A stretch of 62,932 nt of DNA from Deltaproteobacteria bacterium. GTDB taxonomy: Bacteria; Desulfobacterota; GWC2-55-46; UBA9637; GWC2-42-11. The DNA lies in the NCBI GenBank assembly GCA_016223005.1, contig JACRPW010000040.1, positions 1 to 62,932 on the forward strand, in the 5' to 3' direction. Positions 39,759 to 51,021 of this stretch are shown piece after piece. The translations under genes were made by a program, and so were the position numbers. The notes beneath the pieces were generated by a model that was not told the origin of the DNA, did not search any database, and saw only the letters and a program-made list of their open reading frames with translations. Within the stretch, counting starts at the first letter, position 1; each line of letters opens with the position of its first letter.

Positions 39759-40355
39759 ATGTATCTTATTATCGGTCTTGGAAATCCTGGCGCAAGATAT
39801 GAATTTACAAGGCATAATATAGGGTTTCTGGCTGTTGATTATATTGCAGATAGTTTTGACATATCTTTAAACAAAAAAAGCCGCAAGGCAGTCTGGGGGA
39901 AGGGCTGTATCTCTGGGAAAGAGGTCATCATTGCCAAGCCTCAGACATTTATGAATCTAAGCGGTGAGGCTGTAAAATCCCTTGCTGATTTTTTTCATAT
40001 AGAAACAAAAGATATTATTGTTATATATGATGATGTTGACCTTGATTTCGGGACTGTAAGGATAAAGAAAAGCGGCGGAAGCGGCGGACACAGGGGCATG
40101 GAATCCATAATCGGGCAATTAGGGACAAAAGACTTTCCAAGGATAAGATTAGGGATAGGAAGACCTGAAAAACAGGGTCAAGGGGCAAGGGGCAAGGGGC
40201 AAGAAGATACAGCCGATTATGTGTTAAGTCCGTTTAGTTTTGAAGAAGAAGAAAGACTGCCTGAAATATTTAACAGAACAAAAGAGGCAGTTGTGACAAT
40301 ATTAGAACACGGTGTTGAAAAGGCAATGAATAAATTCAATAAAAATAGGCAATAG
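39759..40355 (+). CDS. pth: peptidyl-tRNA hydrolase
   Basis: LIIGLGNPG..Y..TRHNIGF, GGSGGHRG, and RIRLGIGRP. It contains a repeat-derived insert KQGQGARGKGQED. Confidence 0.93.
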   Translation: MYLIIGLGNPGARYEFTRHNIGFLAVDYIADSFDISLNKKSRKAVWGKGCISGKEVIIAKPQTFMNLSGEAVKSLADFFHIETKDIIVIYDDVDLDFGTVRIKKSGGSGGHRGMESIIGQLGTKDFPRIRLGIGRPEKQGQGARGKGQEDTADYVLSPFSFEEEERLPEIFNRTKEAVVTILEHGVEKAMNKFNKNRQ

Positions 40356-40425
40356 GCAATAGGCTATAGGCAATGGGGCGATATGTTTTAACCCATAGCC
40401 TATAGCCCATGCCCATAGCCTGTAT
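40351..40425. repeat. inverted arrays of ATAGGCN heptamers
   Basis: aggcaataggcaataggctataggcaatgggg ... acccatagcctatagcccatgcccatagcctg. Confidence 0.85.
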
Positions 40426-40441
40426 TCATTAAGGAGGCAAC

Positions 40442-42298
40442 ATGCAGCAATTAGTTAGTTTTGCGCCGCTCTTCGGTGCAGCAGGTCTTGTTATGGCATT
40501 CCTGATATACGGTTACATCAAGAAACAGCCTGACGGCAATGAAAGGATGAGGGAGATAGCCGGAATGATTCACGACGGGGCTATGGTCTATCTCAAAAGG
40601 CAATACACAATCATTTTTGCATTTATTGCCCTTGTCTTTATCCTTCTGTCAGTATTTATAAATTGGCAGACAGGCATTGCATATGTAGGCGGTGGAATAT
40701 CATCCATGCTCGCAGGCTTTTTCGGCATGAAGGCGGCAACAAAGGCGAATGTCCGAACTGCGCAGGCGGCAAACCTTTATAAACCCAATACTGCAAGGTC
40801 TCTATCCATTGCATTCCTCGGCGGCTCTGTCATGGGGCTTTCCGTTGCAAGCATCGGGCTTATCGGTGTGGGAATATTTTTTCTGCTTTACGGAGATCCA
40901 AAAACCGCTGCCATAATAAACGGCTATGCTATGGGCGCATCCTCAATTGCCTTATTTGCAAGGGTCGGCGGCGGTATATTTACAAAGACAGCGGATGTAG
41001 GCTCTGATTTGGTCGGCAAGGTTGAGGCAGGCATCCCTGAGGATGACCCAAGAAATCCGGGCGTTATTGCAGATAATGTCGGAGACAATGTCGGCGATGT
41101 GGCAGGTCTTGGCGCGGATATATTTGAATCCTATGTAGGCTCTGTTGTCGCAACAATTGCAATAGGCGCAACAGCGCTTGCAGGCTCAAAGGTTGCAGAA
41201 CTTGGTTCTGCAATGGCTCTTATGTCTTTGCCGATTGTCCTTATAATGGCAGGGCTTGTTGCATCTATAATAGGTATACTATCCATGAGCATACTTGAAA
41301 AATATAACCCTGCCGCAGCGCTTCGTTATGCAACATTTATAGCAGCAGGACTCTTTTTAATCTTCGGCTATGCAGTGGTTTACTTCCTTGATGTTAATAA
41401 CGGGGTTTACTGGGCAGTGTTTTCAGGATGTGTCGGCGGCATTGCAATAGGGCTTTTAACAGAGCATTATACATCAGCAGGACCTGTTGAAAGGATTGCG
41501 CAGTCAAGCAATACAGGCGCTGCAACAAATATCATAACAGGTCTGGCAGTAGGGCTTGAAAGCACGGCGCTTCCTGTGCTTGCAATATGCGGAGCAATAT
41601 TTATAGCAAATTATACAAGCGGTATTTACGGCATAGGCGTGTCAGCAGTCGGCATGCTTGCGACAGTAGGCATAATCATGAGCGTTGACGCATACGGACC
41701 AATTGCAGACAATGCAGGCGGCATATCAGAGATGAGCCATCTGGGAAAAGATGTTCGGGCGATTACAGACTCGCTTGATGCGCTCGGCAATACGACCGCT
41801 GCAATAGGAAAGGGTTTTGCAATAGGCTCTGCGGCATTGACTGCGCTTGCGCTATTCTCTGCATACAGTCAGGCAATAGTTGCAAAGACAGGCAAGGCAT
41901 TTGATATTATTATAACAGACCCAAATGTTGTTATTGGTTTGCTAATAGGCGGCATTTTGCCGTTTTTCATCGGCGCGCTAACAATGACATCGGTCGGCAA
42001 GGCGGCATTTAAGATGGTAAATGAAATAAGGAGGCAGTTCAGGGAAATTCCCGGTCTTCTTGAAGGCAAAGAAGGCGTCAAGCCTGATGTTGCAAAGTGC
42101 ATTGACATATCCACAAAGGCAGCCTTGACAGAGATGATAATACCGGGCGTGCTTGCGGTTGTAGCGCCTGTATTTGTCGGTTTTATCCTTGGCCCTGCTG
42201 CACTCGGCGGTATGCTGGCGGGTGCAACAGTTACAGGCGTGCTCCTTGCCATATTTATGGCGAACGCAGGCGGCGCATGGGATAATGCAAAAAAGTAG
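40442..42298 (+). CDS. hppA: membrane-bound proton/sodium-translocating pyrophosphatase, interrupted by TAG
   Basis: Typical HppA motifs are present ([38 protein letters not shown]). A TAG at 42296-42298 replaces the conserved Tyr. The same frame continues to 42463 with [42 protein letters not shown]. Confidence 0.9.
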   Translation: MQQLVSFAPLFGAAGLVMAFLIYGYIKKQPDGNERMREIAGMIHDGAMVYLKRQYTIIFAFIALVFILLSVFINWQTGIAYVGGGISSMLAGFFGMKAATKANVRTAQAANLYKPNTARSLSIAFLGGSVMGLSVASIGLIGVGIFFLLYGDPKTAAIINGYAMGASSIALFARVGGGIFTKTADVGSDLVGKVEAGIPEDDPRNPGVIADNVGDNVGDVAGLGADIFESYVGSVVATIAIGATALAGSKVAELGSAMALMSLPIVLIMAGLVASIIGILSMSILEKYNPAAALRYATFIAAGLFLIFGYAVVYFLDVNNGVYWAVFSGCVGGIAIGLLTEHYTSAGPVERIAQSSNTGAATNIITGLAVGLESTALPVLAICGAIFIANYTSGIYGIGVSAVGMLATVGIIMSVDAYGPIADNAGGISEMSHLGKDVRAITDSLDALGNTTAAIGKGFAIGSAALTALALFSAYSQAIVAKTGKAFDIIITDPNVVIGLLIGGILPFFIGALTMTSVGKAAFKMVNEIRRQFREIPGLLEGKEGVKPDVAKCIDISTKAALTEMIIPGVLAVVAPVFVGFILGPAALGGMLAGATVTGVLLAIFMANAGGAWDNAKK

Positions 42299-42495
42299 AT
42301 TGAAAGAGGAAATCTTGGCGGAAAGGGCTCTGATGCGCATAAGGCAGCAGTTGTCGGTGATACAGTAGGAGACCCGTTTAAGGACACATCAGGTCCAGCA
42401 ATGAATATTTTGATAAAACTTATGAGCATAGTTGCGCTGATTATTGCGCCGCTGTTGATATAGGGGTGGGGTGTGGGATGTGGAAAAAGATTTTC

Positions 42496-43548
42496 CTACC
42501 TCCCACTTCCCATTCTTTTATAAAGTTTCTTCAACTCCTTTTCAAAAGGCTTTTTTATAGCGCCCTTTTCTGTGATTATAGCGGTAATATACTTATTAGG
42601 TGTTACATCAAAGGCAGGGTTTTTTACCTTAATATTATCAGGTGCAATCTGTACATCCTTTATATGAGTAACCTCTTTTATATCCCTTTCTTCAATCGGG
42701 ATTTTATCTCCGTTTTTAAGTTTCAAATCAATTGTTGAAAGAGGGGCTGCAACATAAAATGGTATCTTATGCTCCTTTGCTAAAACCGCAACTGAATATG
42801 TGCCGATTTTATTTGCGGTGTCGCCGTTTGCAGCAATCCTGTCAGCGCCTACGATTACTAAATCAATAATGCCTTTTTTCATCATATACCCTGCCATATT
42901 GTCTGTTATAAGAGTTGTATCAATGCCGTCTTTCATAAGTTCCCAGCAGGTTAGTCTTGAACCCTGTAAAAAGGGTCTTGTCTCATCAGCAAATACCTTT
43001 ATCTTTTTACCTTCTTCTACTGCTGCCCTTATAACCCCGAGCGCTGTTCCATATCCAGCAGTTGCCAAAGCCCCTGCATTGCAGTGCGTTAAAACAGTAT
43101 CACCATTTTTTATAAACCTACTGCCGTGTTTACCCATCTGTCTATTTATTTCAATGTCTTGTTCATGGATTGTCTTTGCCTCTTGGATAAGTCTTTGTTT
43201 TAGTTCCTCTATATTCAGTTTTGGATTTTTCCTTACAATAGATTTCATCCTCTCAACTGCCCAGAAGAGGTTTACTGCTGTTGGTCTTGTGGACGCTATG
43301 ACCTTGCAAATCTTATCAAATTCTATGCAAAACCCCTTTTTATCTTTTGCATCTATATCCTTCGCACCAAGGGCAATGCCCATTGCAGCAGCGACACCAA
43401 TTGCAGGCGCACCACGGACAACCATCTCCCTTATTGCTTCTGCCACATCAAGAAAATCAGTATATGTCCTATAGACCTCTTGAGCGGGCAGAAGCCTTTG
43501 GTCAATCATAATGACACTATTATCTTTCCATTCAATAGTCTTAAACAT
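42496..43548 (-). CDS. mtnA: S-methyl-5-thioribose-1-phosphate isomerase (eIF-2B alpha/beta/delta-like)
   Basis: [36 protein letters not shown], and [13 protein letters not shown] 43548 overlaps the upstream stop (ATGTTTAA). Confidence 0.85.
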   Translation of the reverse strand: MFKTIEWKDNSVIMIDQRLLPAQEVYRTYTDFLDVAEAIREMVVRGAPAIGVAAAMGIALGAKDIDAKDKKGFCIEFDKICKVIASTRPTAVNLFWAVERMKSIVRKNPKLNIEELKQRLIQEAKTIHEQDIEINRQMGKHGSRFIKNGDTVLTHCNAGALATAGYGTALGVIRAAVEEGKKIKVFADETRPFLQGSRLTCWELMKDGIDTTLITDNMAGYMMKKGIIDLVIVGADRIAANGDTANKIGTYSVAVLAKEHKIPFYVAAPLSTIDLKLKNGDKIPIEERDIKEVTHIKDVQIAPDNIKVKNPAFDVTPNKYITAIITEKGAIKKPFEKELKKLYKRMGSGR

Positions 43549-44494
43549 TTCTTTTAATCCTTGTAAAACCCGATGTTCCAATAACCTCAATATCTCCCAA
43601 TATATCATCAAATAAAAGGTTTATACCCAGGGTATCACTTGATATATGTCCTGCTATTACAACATTTACATGATGTTTTTCAGCCTCTTTTTTATGGTCT
43701 TCACCTATATGCATACCTATGATTGTCCCTACTCCTGCGATTGAAAGTTTTTCAAAGATATTTTTACTCCCGCCTGTCCCGCCTGTCATGTCAACAAATA
43801 CCTTGCCTGCCTTTCTTTTTTCTGAACCAATAAAAATCTTTGGTCCTGTCTTTTCACCCCTTGCCTTTTCATACTCAGGGATATCATACAGTATATCCAT
43901 TATATCAGAAACCCTTTCAGGCTTTTTCTCATCAAAGATTTTCTGAAGAAATGATGTTACGGCATTATCAGTTGGGGTATGTATGCACATGAGAGGAATA
44001 TCCAAAAGTCTTGCTGAATCAACTGCCCTTGTATGATTTACAGGCATCATCCTTCTTTCAACCTCTTTAATCCTTTCCTCCATCAAATCCTCTGCCACAT
44101 TGATAGGGACACCATACTTTAGAAGTATCCCTGTCTGCATACCCATTACCTCATATAATGCTGCCATTGCCCTTCCCTCAGGGTGGTGTGCAATAATAAG
44201 GTCAATAGCCATACCCTTTCCCCTTAATCTGTCAGCAAGGAGAACCTCACCAACCTCCATGTCAATCCCTACAAACGCTGTTTTTACATCCCTGTCCGTC
44301 CCGCCATAGAGGATTCTGGTATCAGCATACGGGTTTGTAAGCCGTTCCATGTCAAAATATTTCCTTTTTGACTCTTTTAATTCCTCAAATTCCTTTTTAG
44401 CATTCTCAAGTTCTTTTAAAACCTCTTCCTTGCCCCTTGGGTCAAGTTCAATCCCCCGTTTTACAGCCCTTTCGTAAATCTCTCCTATCTTCAA
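43541..44494 (-). CDS. NIF3 (NGG1p-interacting factor 3)/DUF34-family dinuclear metal protein
   Basis: [15 protein letters not shown], and GHISSD metal-ligand style motifs. TTG start 5 nt after AAGGAGG. Confidence 0.6.
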   Translation of the reverse strand: MKIGEIYERAVKRGIELDPRGKEEVLKELENAKKEFEELKESKRKYFDMERLTNPYADTRILYGGTDRDVKTAFVGIDMEVGEVLLADRLRGKGMAIDLIIAHHPEGRAMAALYEVMGMQTGILLKYGVPINVAEDLMEERIKEVERRMMPVNHTRAVDSARLLDIPLMCIHTPTDNAVTSFLQKIFDEKKPERVSDIMDILYDIPEYEKARGEKTGPKIFIGSEKRKAGKVFVDMTGGTGGSKNIFEKLSIAGVGTIIGMHIGEDHKKEAEKHHVNVVIAGHISSDTLGINLLFDDILGDIEVIGTSGFTRIKRNV

Positions 44495-44863
44495 AGCAAC
44501 CTCCTTATTGCATCTAATTACTATTACTATTGGCACTTACTTTAATTGGTTAATCTCACTCTCCTCTGTTGTTAGGTCGTAGAGTTTATAGACCATTTTA
44601 TCAATCTCATACTCAAGGGCGGAGGTGTCTAAAAAATTAGAAGCGTCCCGAAACTTTTGCATGGGGCTTGACATAGGGATATAAAAAGCATAGGTTCATC
44701 CTAACATAGAGAGAAACAAAGGAGGTGAACCTATGGAGTTTGAGATAGAACTCACACTCAAGGTAAGTATAAAAGACCTTGAGACCAATGTCAATGAGAT
44801 AGTCAGATTTTAAAAAAAATAAACTTGCAATATTCTGGCAAAGCCTGTAAATTTTGAAGTGTT

Positions 44864-44946
44864 GCGAGGGTGGCGGAACTGGCAGACGCGCTGGACTTAG
44901 GATCCAGTGGGCAACCATGGGGGTTCAACTCCCCCCTCTCGCACCA
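44864..44946 (+). tRNA. tRNA-Leu (anticodon TAG), class II
   Basis: GCGAGGG acceptor, anticodon stem CTGGA/TCCAG with loop CTTAGGA, a 12-nt variable arm, T arm GGGGG-TTCAACT-CCCCC, and CCA. Confidence 0.88.
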
Positions 44947-44977
44947 AAATAAAAAAGACTTTAGACATAGGAGAACC

Positions 44978-46249
44978 ATGAAGGTATCTATTGAGGATTT
45001 AAGTTCGGTCAAGAAAAAGATTGTAGTAGAGATTCCATCAGAAGATGTAAAAAGGGCAGTTGATGATGAATATAAATATCTTCAGAAAAATGCCAATATA
45101 CACGGTTTTAGGAAAGGGAAGGTGCCAATAGAGGTCATTAAGAGGCATTATGGAGAGCATATAAGAACAGAGGTTACATCCAAACTTATAGACGATTCTT
45201 ATCCTAATATAGTAATAGAAAACAAGATACAGGTCGCAGCCCGACCAGAGATAGAAAATATAGGTGAGATAAAAGACGGGGCATCTTTAACATATACAGC
45301 AATAGTTGAGGTAAGACCTGATGTTAAGATAGAAGGCTATAAAGATATAAAAATTAAAAAGGAAGATGTGCCTGTATCGGATAAGGAGATTGATGATACG
45401 ATAAATATTTTAAGGGAAAGACACGCTGTATTTAAGGATATAGAAGGCCATAATGAGGCAAAGGATGGGCATCTTGTTTCAGTAGATTTCAGCGGCACAA
45501 TTGATGATAAACCAATAGATGGCGCTGATGCCAAAGACTATTCCTTTGTAATCGGCTCTGCAACACTGCTAAAAGATTTAGAGGATGCCGTAGTCGGGAT
45601 GAAAAAAAGCGATGCGAGGGATGTAGATGTAAAATTCCCGGAAGAATACAAAAATAAAGAGATTGCAGGAAAGACCGGTAGATTTAAGGTTTTATTAAAA
45701 GATATTAAGGAGAAGATACTCCCTGATTTGAATGATGAATTTGCAAAGGATGCTGATTGTGAAAACATGGAACAGTTAAAGGAAAGGATGAAAATAGATT
45801 TAGCCCGATATAAAGAAAAAACCGAAGAGGAGAGGATAAGAAAAGAGGTAATGAAAGAACTTATTGACAAGAATAAGTTTGAAATCCCGCGGTCCCTTGT
45901 AGAGCATTATTACCGCTATCTTATCGCACAGGCTGCTGAAAGGCTCAAAAAGGGTATTATTTCAAAAGAAGATATGGGACTTTCTGTTAATGAGTTTAAT
46001 GAAAAATATACTAAACTGTCAGAGGACCTTGTCCGGCAGGACATTATTGTGGATTCCATAGCAAAAGATGAAGGTCTGGATGTTTCAGGTGATGAGGTGG
46101 ATGCAAGGATAAAGGAACTCGCTGACAGTGCAAAAGAACCCATTCAAGCATTTAAGGCAAAGATAGAAGAGGAAGGCGGGCTGAATTATATAAAAGAGAG
46201 CCTGCTGGAAAATAAGGTGTTTGATTTGATATTATCAGGTGCAAAATAA
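44978..46249 (+). CDS. tig: trigger factor
   Basis: The ATG follows aggagaacc. GFRKGKVP motif, PPIase domain, and tig-clpP-clpX-lon synteny. The longer ORF-track start overlaps tRNA-Leu. Confidence 0.92.
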   Translation: MKVSIEDLSSVKKKIVVEIPSEDVKRAVDDEYKYLQKNANIHGFRKGKVPIEVIKRHYGEHIRTEVTSKLIDDSYPNIVIENKIQVAARPEIENIGEIKDGASLTYTAIVEVRPDVKIEGYKDIKIKKEDVPVSDKEIDDTINILRERHAVFKDIEGHNEAKDGHLVSVDFSGTIDDKPIDGADAKDYSFVIGSATLLKDLEDAVVGMKKSDARDVDVKFPEEYKNKEIAGKTGRFKVLLKDIKEKILPDLNDEFAKDADCENMEQLKERMKIDLARYKEKTEEERIRKEVMKELIDKNKFEIPRSLVEHYYRYLIAQAAERLKKGIISKEDMGLSVNEFNEKYTKLSEDLVRQDIIVDSIAKDEGLDVSGDEVDARIKELADSAKEPIQAFKAKIEEEGGLNYIKESLLENKVFDLILSGAK

Positions 46250-46279
46250 TTTTTGACTTTTTGATTATGGAGGGTGAAC

Positions 46280-46864
46280 ATGACTCTTATACCAATGGTT
46301 ATAGAGCAGACAGGCAGGGGAGAAAGGGCTTATGATATCTATTCAAGGCTCCTTAAAGAAAGGATAATATTTCTTGGCACAGCAATTGATGACGACCTTG
46401 CAAACCTTATTATTGCCCAGTTCCTCTTTCTTGAGTCAGAAGACCCTGAAAAGGATATAAATCTATACATAAACTCACCCGGCGGGATTGTCAGTGCAGG
46501 ACTTGCCATATACGATACAATGCAGTATATAAAACCAAATATCTCAACGATGTGTGTTGGACAGGCAGCAAGTATGGGTGCATTACTCCTTGCAGGCGGC
46601 ACAACTGGCAAGAGATTTGCATTACCTCATTCCAGGATACTTATACATCAGCCCCTTGGCGGTGCACAGGGGCAGGCAACAGATATAGGCATTCAGGCAA
46701 AGGAAATCCTGCGTATAAGGGAGCAGTTAAATACCATCCTTGCCAATCATACAAAACAGCCGGTTGATAGGATAAGTGTTGATACAGAAAGGGATTTTTT
46801 TATGACTAGCCAGCAGGCAAAAGATTATGGTATAATTGACACAATAATTGAGCAGAGGGTATGA
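46280..46864 (+). CDS. clpP: ATP-dependent Clp protease proteolytic subunit
   Basis: [27 protein letters not shown], the catalytic Ser context GQAASMGA, and IHQP. Confidence 0.95.
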   Translation: MTLIPMVIEQTGRGERAYDIYSRLLKERIIFLGTAIDDDLANLIIAQFLFLESEDPEKDINLYINSPGGIVSAGLAIYDTMQYIKPNISTMCVGQAASMGALLLAGGTTGKRFALPHSRILIHQPLGGAQGQATDIGIQAKEILRIREQLNTILANHTKQPVDRISVDTERDFFMTSQQAKDYGIIDTIIEQRV

Positions 46865-46872
46865 TAAAGATA

Positions 46873-46960
46873 ACTCAAAAATCAAAAGCATGCCCCTGAA
46901 GGTAGTAATCAGGGGTCAAAACTCAAAAGTAAGGTGAAAAACTATTTTTTGATTTTTTTG
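46873..46960. repeat. TCAAAAN heptamers flanking a CCCCTGA/TCAGGGG hairpin
   Basis: aactcaaaaatcaaaagcatgcccctgaaggtagtaatcaggggtcaaaactcaaaag...ttttttgattttttt. Confidence 0.75.
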
Positions 46961-46973
46961 TGCAGGAGATTAT

Positions 46974-48233
46974 ATGATGGACAATAGAAGAAAAGGTAAT
47001 GGAAAAAATCTGACATGCTCATTCTGCGGCAAGAGTCAGGGTGAGGTTAAAAAACTCATAGCAGGTCATATGGTGTATATCTGCGATGAGTGCATTGAAT
47101 TATGCAATGATATTATTGCAGAGGAATACCAGAAAGACCAGTTCAGTTATAAGGAATCAAAGTTACCGAAACCTTTAGAGATAAAAAAGATACTTGATGA
47201 ATATATTGTTGGACAGGAAAAGGCTAAAAAGATACTTTCTGTGGCTGTCCATAATCACTATAAAAGGATTGAGAGTAAGGTAAGTCTTGATGGGATAGAA
47301 CTTCAAAAGAGCAACATCCTTCTTCTGGGACCAACTGGTTCAGGCAAAACCCTTCTTGCACAGACCCTTGCAAAGATATTGAATGTCCCATTTACAATCG
47401 CTGATGCAACAACGCTTACAGAGGCAGGCTATGTAGGGGAGGATGTAGAAAATATTATATTGAATCTCCTCCAAAATGCTGATTATGATGTAGAAAGGGC
47501 GCAAAAGGGCATTATCTACATAGATGAGATAGACAAGATTTCAAGGAAGGGAGACAGCCCGTCAATAACCAGGGATGTCTCTGGAGAGGGTGTTCAGCAG
47601 GCACTCTTAAAAATCATTGAAGGGACAATGGCAAGTGTGCCTCCAAAGGGCGGCAGAAAACATCCCCAACAGGAATTTCTCCATGTGGATACAACAAACA
47701 TCCTGTTTATATGCGGCGGGGCATTTTCAGGGCTTGAAAATGTTATACAACAGCGGCTTCAAAAAAAGGCGCTCGGATTTGGCGCTGATATAAAAAAGAA
47801 TGGCAAACATATAAACGAGGTGCTTCATAATGCAGAGCCCCATGACCTTTTAAAGTATGGTCTCATACCTGAATTTGTTGGAAGACTGCCTGTTATTGCT
47901 GTATTGGATGAGTTGGATGAAAAGGCGCTGATAAGGATATTGACAGAACCGAGAAATTCCATTGTCAAACAATACCAGAAACTGTTTGACCTTGAGAATG
48001 TAAAACTGAAGTTTACGGATAGTTCCCTTACGGCTGCTGCCAGAGAGGCTATGAAGAGAAAGGCAGGCGCAAGAGGACTTAGGGCTATCCTTGAAAATTC
48101 AATGCTTGATATTATGTATGAACTCCCGTCTCAGGAAAATATAAGGGAATGTATCATCAACGAGGATGTTATAACAGGCAGCGGACTTCCGATTATTGTA
48201 TATGAAAAAAAACAGGCAATAGGAGAGGAGTAA
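46974..48233 (+). CDS. clpX: ATP-dependent Clp protease ATP-binding subunit ClpX
   Basis: Zinc finger CSFCGK...CDEC, Walker [18 protein letters not shown], and GARGLR. Confidence 0.96.
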   Translation: MMDNRRKGNGKNLTCSFCGKSQGEVKKLIAGHMVYICDECIELCNDIIAEEYQKDQFSYKESKLPKPLEIKKILDEYIVGQEKAKKILSVAVHNHYKRIESKVSLDGIELQKSNILLLGPTGSGKTLLAQTLAKILNVPFTIADATTLTEAGYVGEDVENIILNLLQNADYDVERAQKGIIYIDEIDKISRKGDSPSITRDVSGEGVQQALLKIIEGTMASVPPKGGRKHPQQEFLHVDTTNILFICGGAFSGLENVIQQRLQKKALGFGADIKKNGKHINEVLHNAEPHDLLKYGLIPEFVGRLPVIAVLDELDEKALIRILTEPRNSIVKQYQKLFDLENVKLKFTDSSLTAAAREAMKRKAGARGLRAILENSMLDIMYELPSQENIRECIINEDVITGSGLPIIVYEKKQAIGEE

Positions 48234-48278
48234 AATAGCGAGGTTTTTAATCGCTATTTTACGGAAGGGGTATAATAT

Positions 48279-50735
48279 ATGTTGTTTAAGGGAAGTAAAG
48301 AACAGGATGCTTCTCAAAAGGGAGGGGAGATTATGGTTTCCCTTATGCCACTGCGGGATATGGTAATTTTTCCATATATGGTTGTGCCTCTTTTTGTGGG
48401 AAGGGAAAAGTCTATAAATGCCCTTGATTTTGCTATGTCGCACGGCAAGGGCATTCTACTTTCTGCCCAGAAAAAGGCAAAGACTGATGAGCCATTAGAA
48501 GAGGATATATATGATGTAGGCACCCTTGCCTCAATCCTTCAACTTCTTAGGCTTCCTGACGGCACTGTAAAGGTGCTTGTAGAAGGCAAAAGGCGGGCAA
48601 GGATAAAGGGATTTCTCTCATCCAGAAACTGCTTTATGGTCAAGGCAGAAGAACTTGCTGAAGTAGTCGGTGACCCTCTTGAAACAGAGGCAATAACAAG
48701 GAATTGCTTCAGGGCATTTGAAACATATGTAAAGTTAAACAAAAATATACCCCCTGAAATGATAATGTCCGTATCTTCTATAGATGACCCATCCAGACTT
48801 GCAGATACAATTGCTGCTCATCTTTCAGTAAAGATATCTGACAAACAGGCTATCCTTGAGATTGAAAATACAGGACAGCGGCTGGAAAGATTATATACCA
48901 TGCTGGAGGGTGAGATTGAAATACTTGAGATTGAACAAAGGGTAAAGACACGGGTGAAAAAACAGATGGAAAAATCCCAAAGGGAATACTACCTTGGGGA
49001 GCAGATGAAGGCAATACAAAAGGAACTTGGTGAAAAGGATGAGTTTAAGAATGAGATTACAGAACTTGAAGAGCAGATAAAGAATAAGAAGATGAGCAAG
49101 GAGGCTTCAAAGAAGACAAAACAAGAATTTAAAAAACTGAAACTCATGCCGCCTATGTCTGCAGAGGCAACGGTTGTGCGGAATTATATAGACTGGATAC
49201 TTTCCCTTCCATGGGCAGAGGTTACAGAAGACAAAAAAGATATAGATGAGGCTGAAAAAATCCTTGAACAAGACCATTACGGACTCAAAAAGGTCAAGGA
49301 GAGGATACTGGAATATCTTGCTGTTCACAGCCTTGTGGATGAAATGAAGGGTCCTATACTTTGTTTTGTTGGTCCGCCAGGGGTTGGCAAGACATCGCTG
49401 GGGAGGAGCATTGCAAGGGCGATTGGAAGAAAATTTGTCCGCATATCCCTTGGTGGTGTAAAAGACGAGGCGGAAATCAGGGGACACAGAAGGACATATA
49501 TAGGTTCAATGCCCGGCAAGATTATCCAGTCTTTAAAAAAGGCAGGTTCTAATAATCCTGTGTTTTTGCTTGATGAGGTTGACAAGATGTCAACAGACTT
49601 CAGGGGCGACCCAGCATCAGCACTCCTTGAGGTCCTTGACCCTGAGCAGAACCATACATTTGACGACCATTATCTTAACCTTGATTATGACCTCTCAAAA
49701 ATCATGTTTATAACCACTGCAAACAGTTTAAATGGAATTCCATATCCACTCCTTGACAGGATGGAGATTATAAGGATTGCAGGTTATACAGAACAGGAAA
49801 AACTGCATATAGCAAAAAAATTCCTTGTACCAAAGCAGTTAAAGACACATGGACTAAAAGGGGATAATATAGCCATATCAGATGGCAGTATACTTAATAT
49901 TATAAGACTGTATACCAGAGAGGCAGGTGTCAGGAACCTTGAAAGAGAGATTGCGTCTATTTGCAGGAAACTGGCAAAGACAGTGCTTAAAAAAGGGGGG
50001 GATACACATATAGATGTTAATCAGAGGGGTATTACAAAATACCTTGGCATTCCCAAATATCGCTATGGTATCGGCGAGGAAAAGGACGAAATCGGAGTTA
50101 CTACAGGGCTTGCATGGACAGAGGTTGGCGGTGACCTCCTCTCAATAGAGGTTACATTCATGCCGGGTAAAGGGAAACTAACGATTACAGGCAAACTTGG
50201 GGATGTGATGCAGGAGTCTGCTCAGGCTGCCATGAGTTATATCCGTTCAAGGGCAGATGTGTTCGGACTTCCAAAGGATTTTTACCAGAATATAGATATA
50301 CACATCCATGTCCCTGAGGGTGCTATACCAAAAGATGGTCCATCTGCCGGCATTGCAATGGCAACATCCATTGCCTCGGCACTTATAAAGATACCAGTTA
50401 GAAAAGATGTGGCAATGACAGGTGAAATCACACTTCGCGGCAAGATACTGCCAATAGGCGGATTAAAAGAAAAGATCCTTGCAGCCCACAGGGGAAATAT
50501 AAAAACTATTCTTATACCAAAGGATAATGAAAAGGATGTAAAAGAGATACCTCAAAATATCCGCAAAGATATAGAGATAATACTTGTTGGGCATATGGAT
50601 GATGTCCTTAAAAATGCACTGACTGTAGAAAAACCAGAAGATATATTTAAAAAGGACACGGGAAAAGGTGAGGTGTATGCAGGGGATGTTACCAAAGAGA
50701 TTACAACAGACAATCAGATAGTTGTCACCCACTAA
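48279..50735 (+). CDS. lon: Lon protease
   Basis: [22 protein letters not shown], the catalytic [11 protein letters not shown], and K in [19 protein letters not shown]. An alternative start at ATG 48333 follows gggaggggag. Confidence 0.95.
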   Translation: MLFKGSKEQDASQKGGEIMVSLMPLRDMVIFPYMVVPLFVGREKSINALDFAMSHGKGILLSAQKKAKTDEPLEEDIYDVGTLASILQLLRLPDGTVKVLVEGKRRARIKGFLSSRNCFMVKAEELAEVVGDPLETEAITRNCFRAFETYVKLNKNIPPEMIMSVSSIDDPSRLADTIAAHLSVKISDKQAILEIENTGQRLERLYTMLEGEIEILEIEQRVKTRVKKQMEKSQREYYLGEQMKAIQKELGEKDEFKNEITELEEQIKNKKMSKEASKKTKQEFKKLKLMPPMSAEATVVRNYIDWILSLPWAEVTEDKKDIDEAEKILEQDHYGLKKVKERILEYLAVHSLVDEMKGPILCFVGPPGVGKTSLGRSIARAIGRKFVRISLGGVKDEAEIRGHRRTYIGSMPGKIIQSLKKAGSNNPVFLLDEVDKMSTDFRGDPASALLEVLDPEQNHTFDDHYLNLDYDLSKIMFITTANSLNGIPYPLLDRMEIIRIAGYTEQEKLHIAKKFLVPKQLKTHGLKGDNIAISDGSILNIIRLYTREAGVRNLEREIASICRKLAKTVLKKGGDTHIDVNQRGITKYLGIPKYRYGIGEEKDEIGVTTGLAWTEVGGDLLSIEVTFMPGKGKLTITGKLGDVMQESAQAAMSYIRSRADVFGLPKDFYQNIDIHIHVPEGAIPKDGPSAGIAMATSIASALIKIPVRKDVAMTGEITLRGKILPIGGLKEKILAAHRGNIKTILIPKDNEKDVKEIPQNIRKDIEIILVGHMDDVLKNALTVEKPEDIFKKDTGKGEVYAGDVTKEITTDNQIVVTH

Positions 50736-50808
50736 TTGGGAGTTGATTTGATAGTAAGTTTAAACCCCTTGACATTGCATTATAATTATGAAAAACTAAA
50801 ATAACTAC

Positions 50809-50885
<77 letters not shown>

Positions 50886-51021
50886 TCTAAAAATTCTTTA
50901 TTTTCCAATATATTAGAGGCTATCAGGGTCTTTCCACTGATGGTCTCTTTTCTTTTAACAGGACAGTGGTTTAAAGCCTGTCCCCTCTCATAATCAAAAG
51001 GTCTTCATCCATTGGTTGTTT

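Noticed and set aside
44870-44977. Long N-terminal extension of trigger factor in the ORF track
   Set aside because: The extension is the translation of tRNA-Leu. ATG 44978, preceded by aggagaacc, gives the canonical MKVS.. trigger-factor start.
50769-50786. TTGACA and TATAAT upstream of tRNA-fMet as a promoter
   Set aside because: The two hexamers are only 6 nt apart, which is incompatible with a sigma70 promoter. No alternative pair with 16-18-nt spacing was found.
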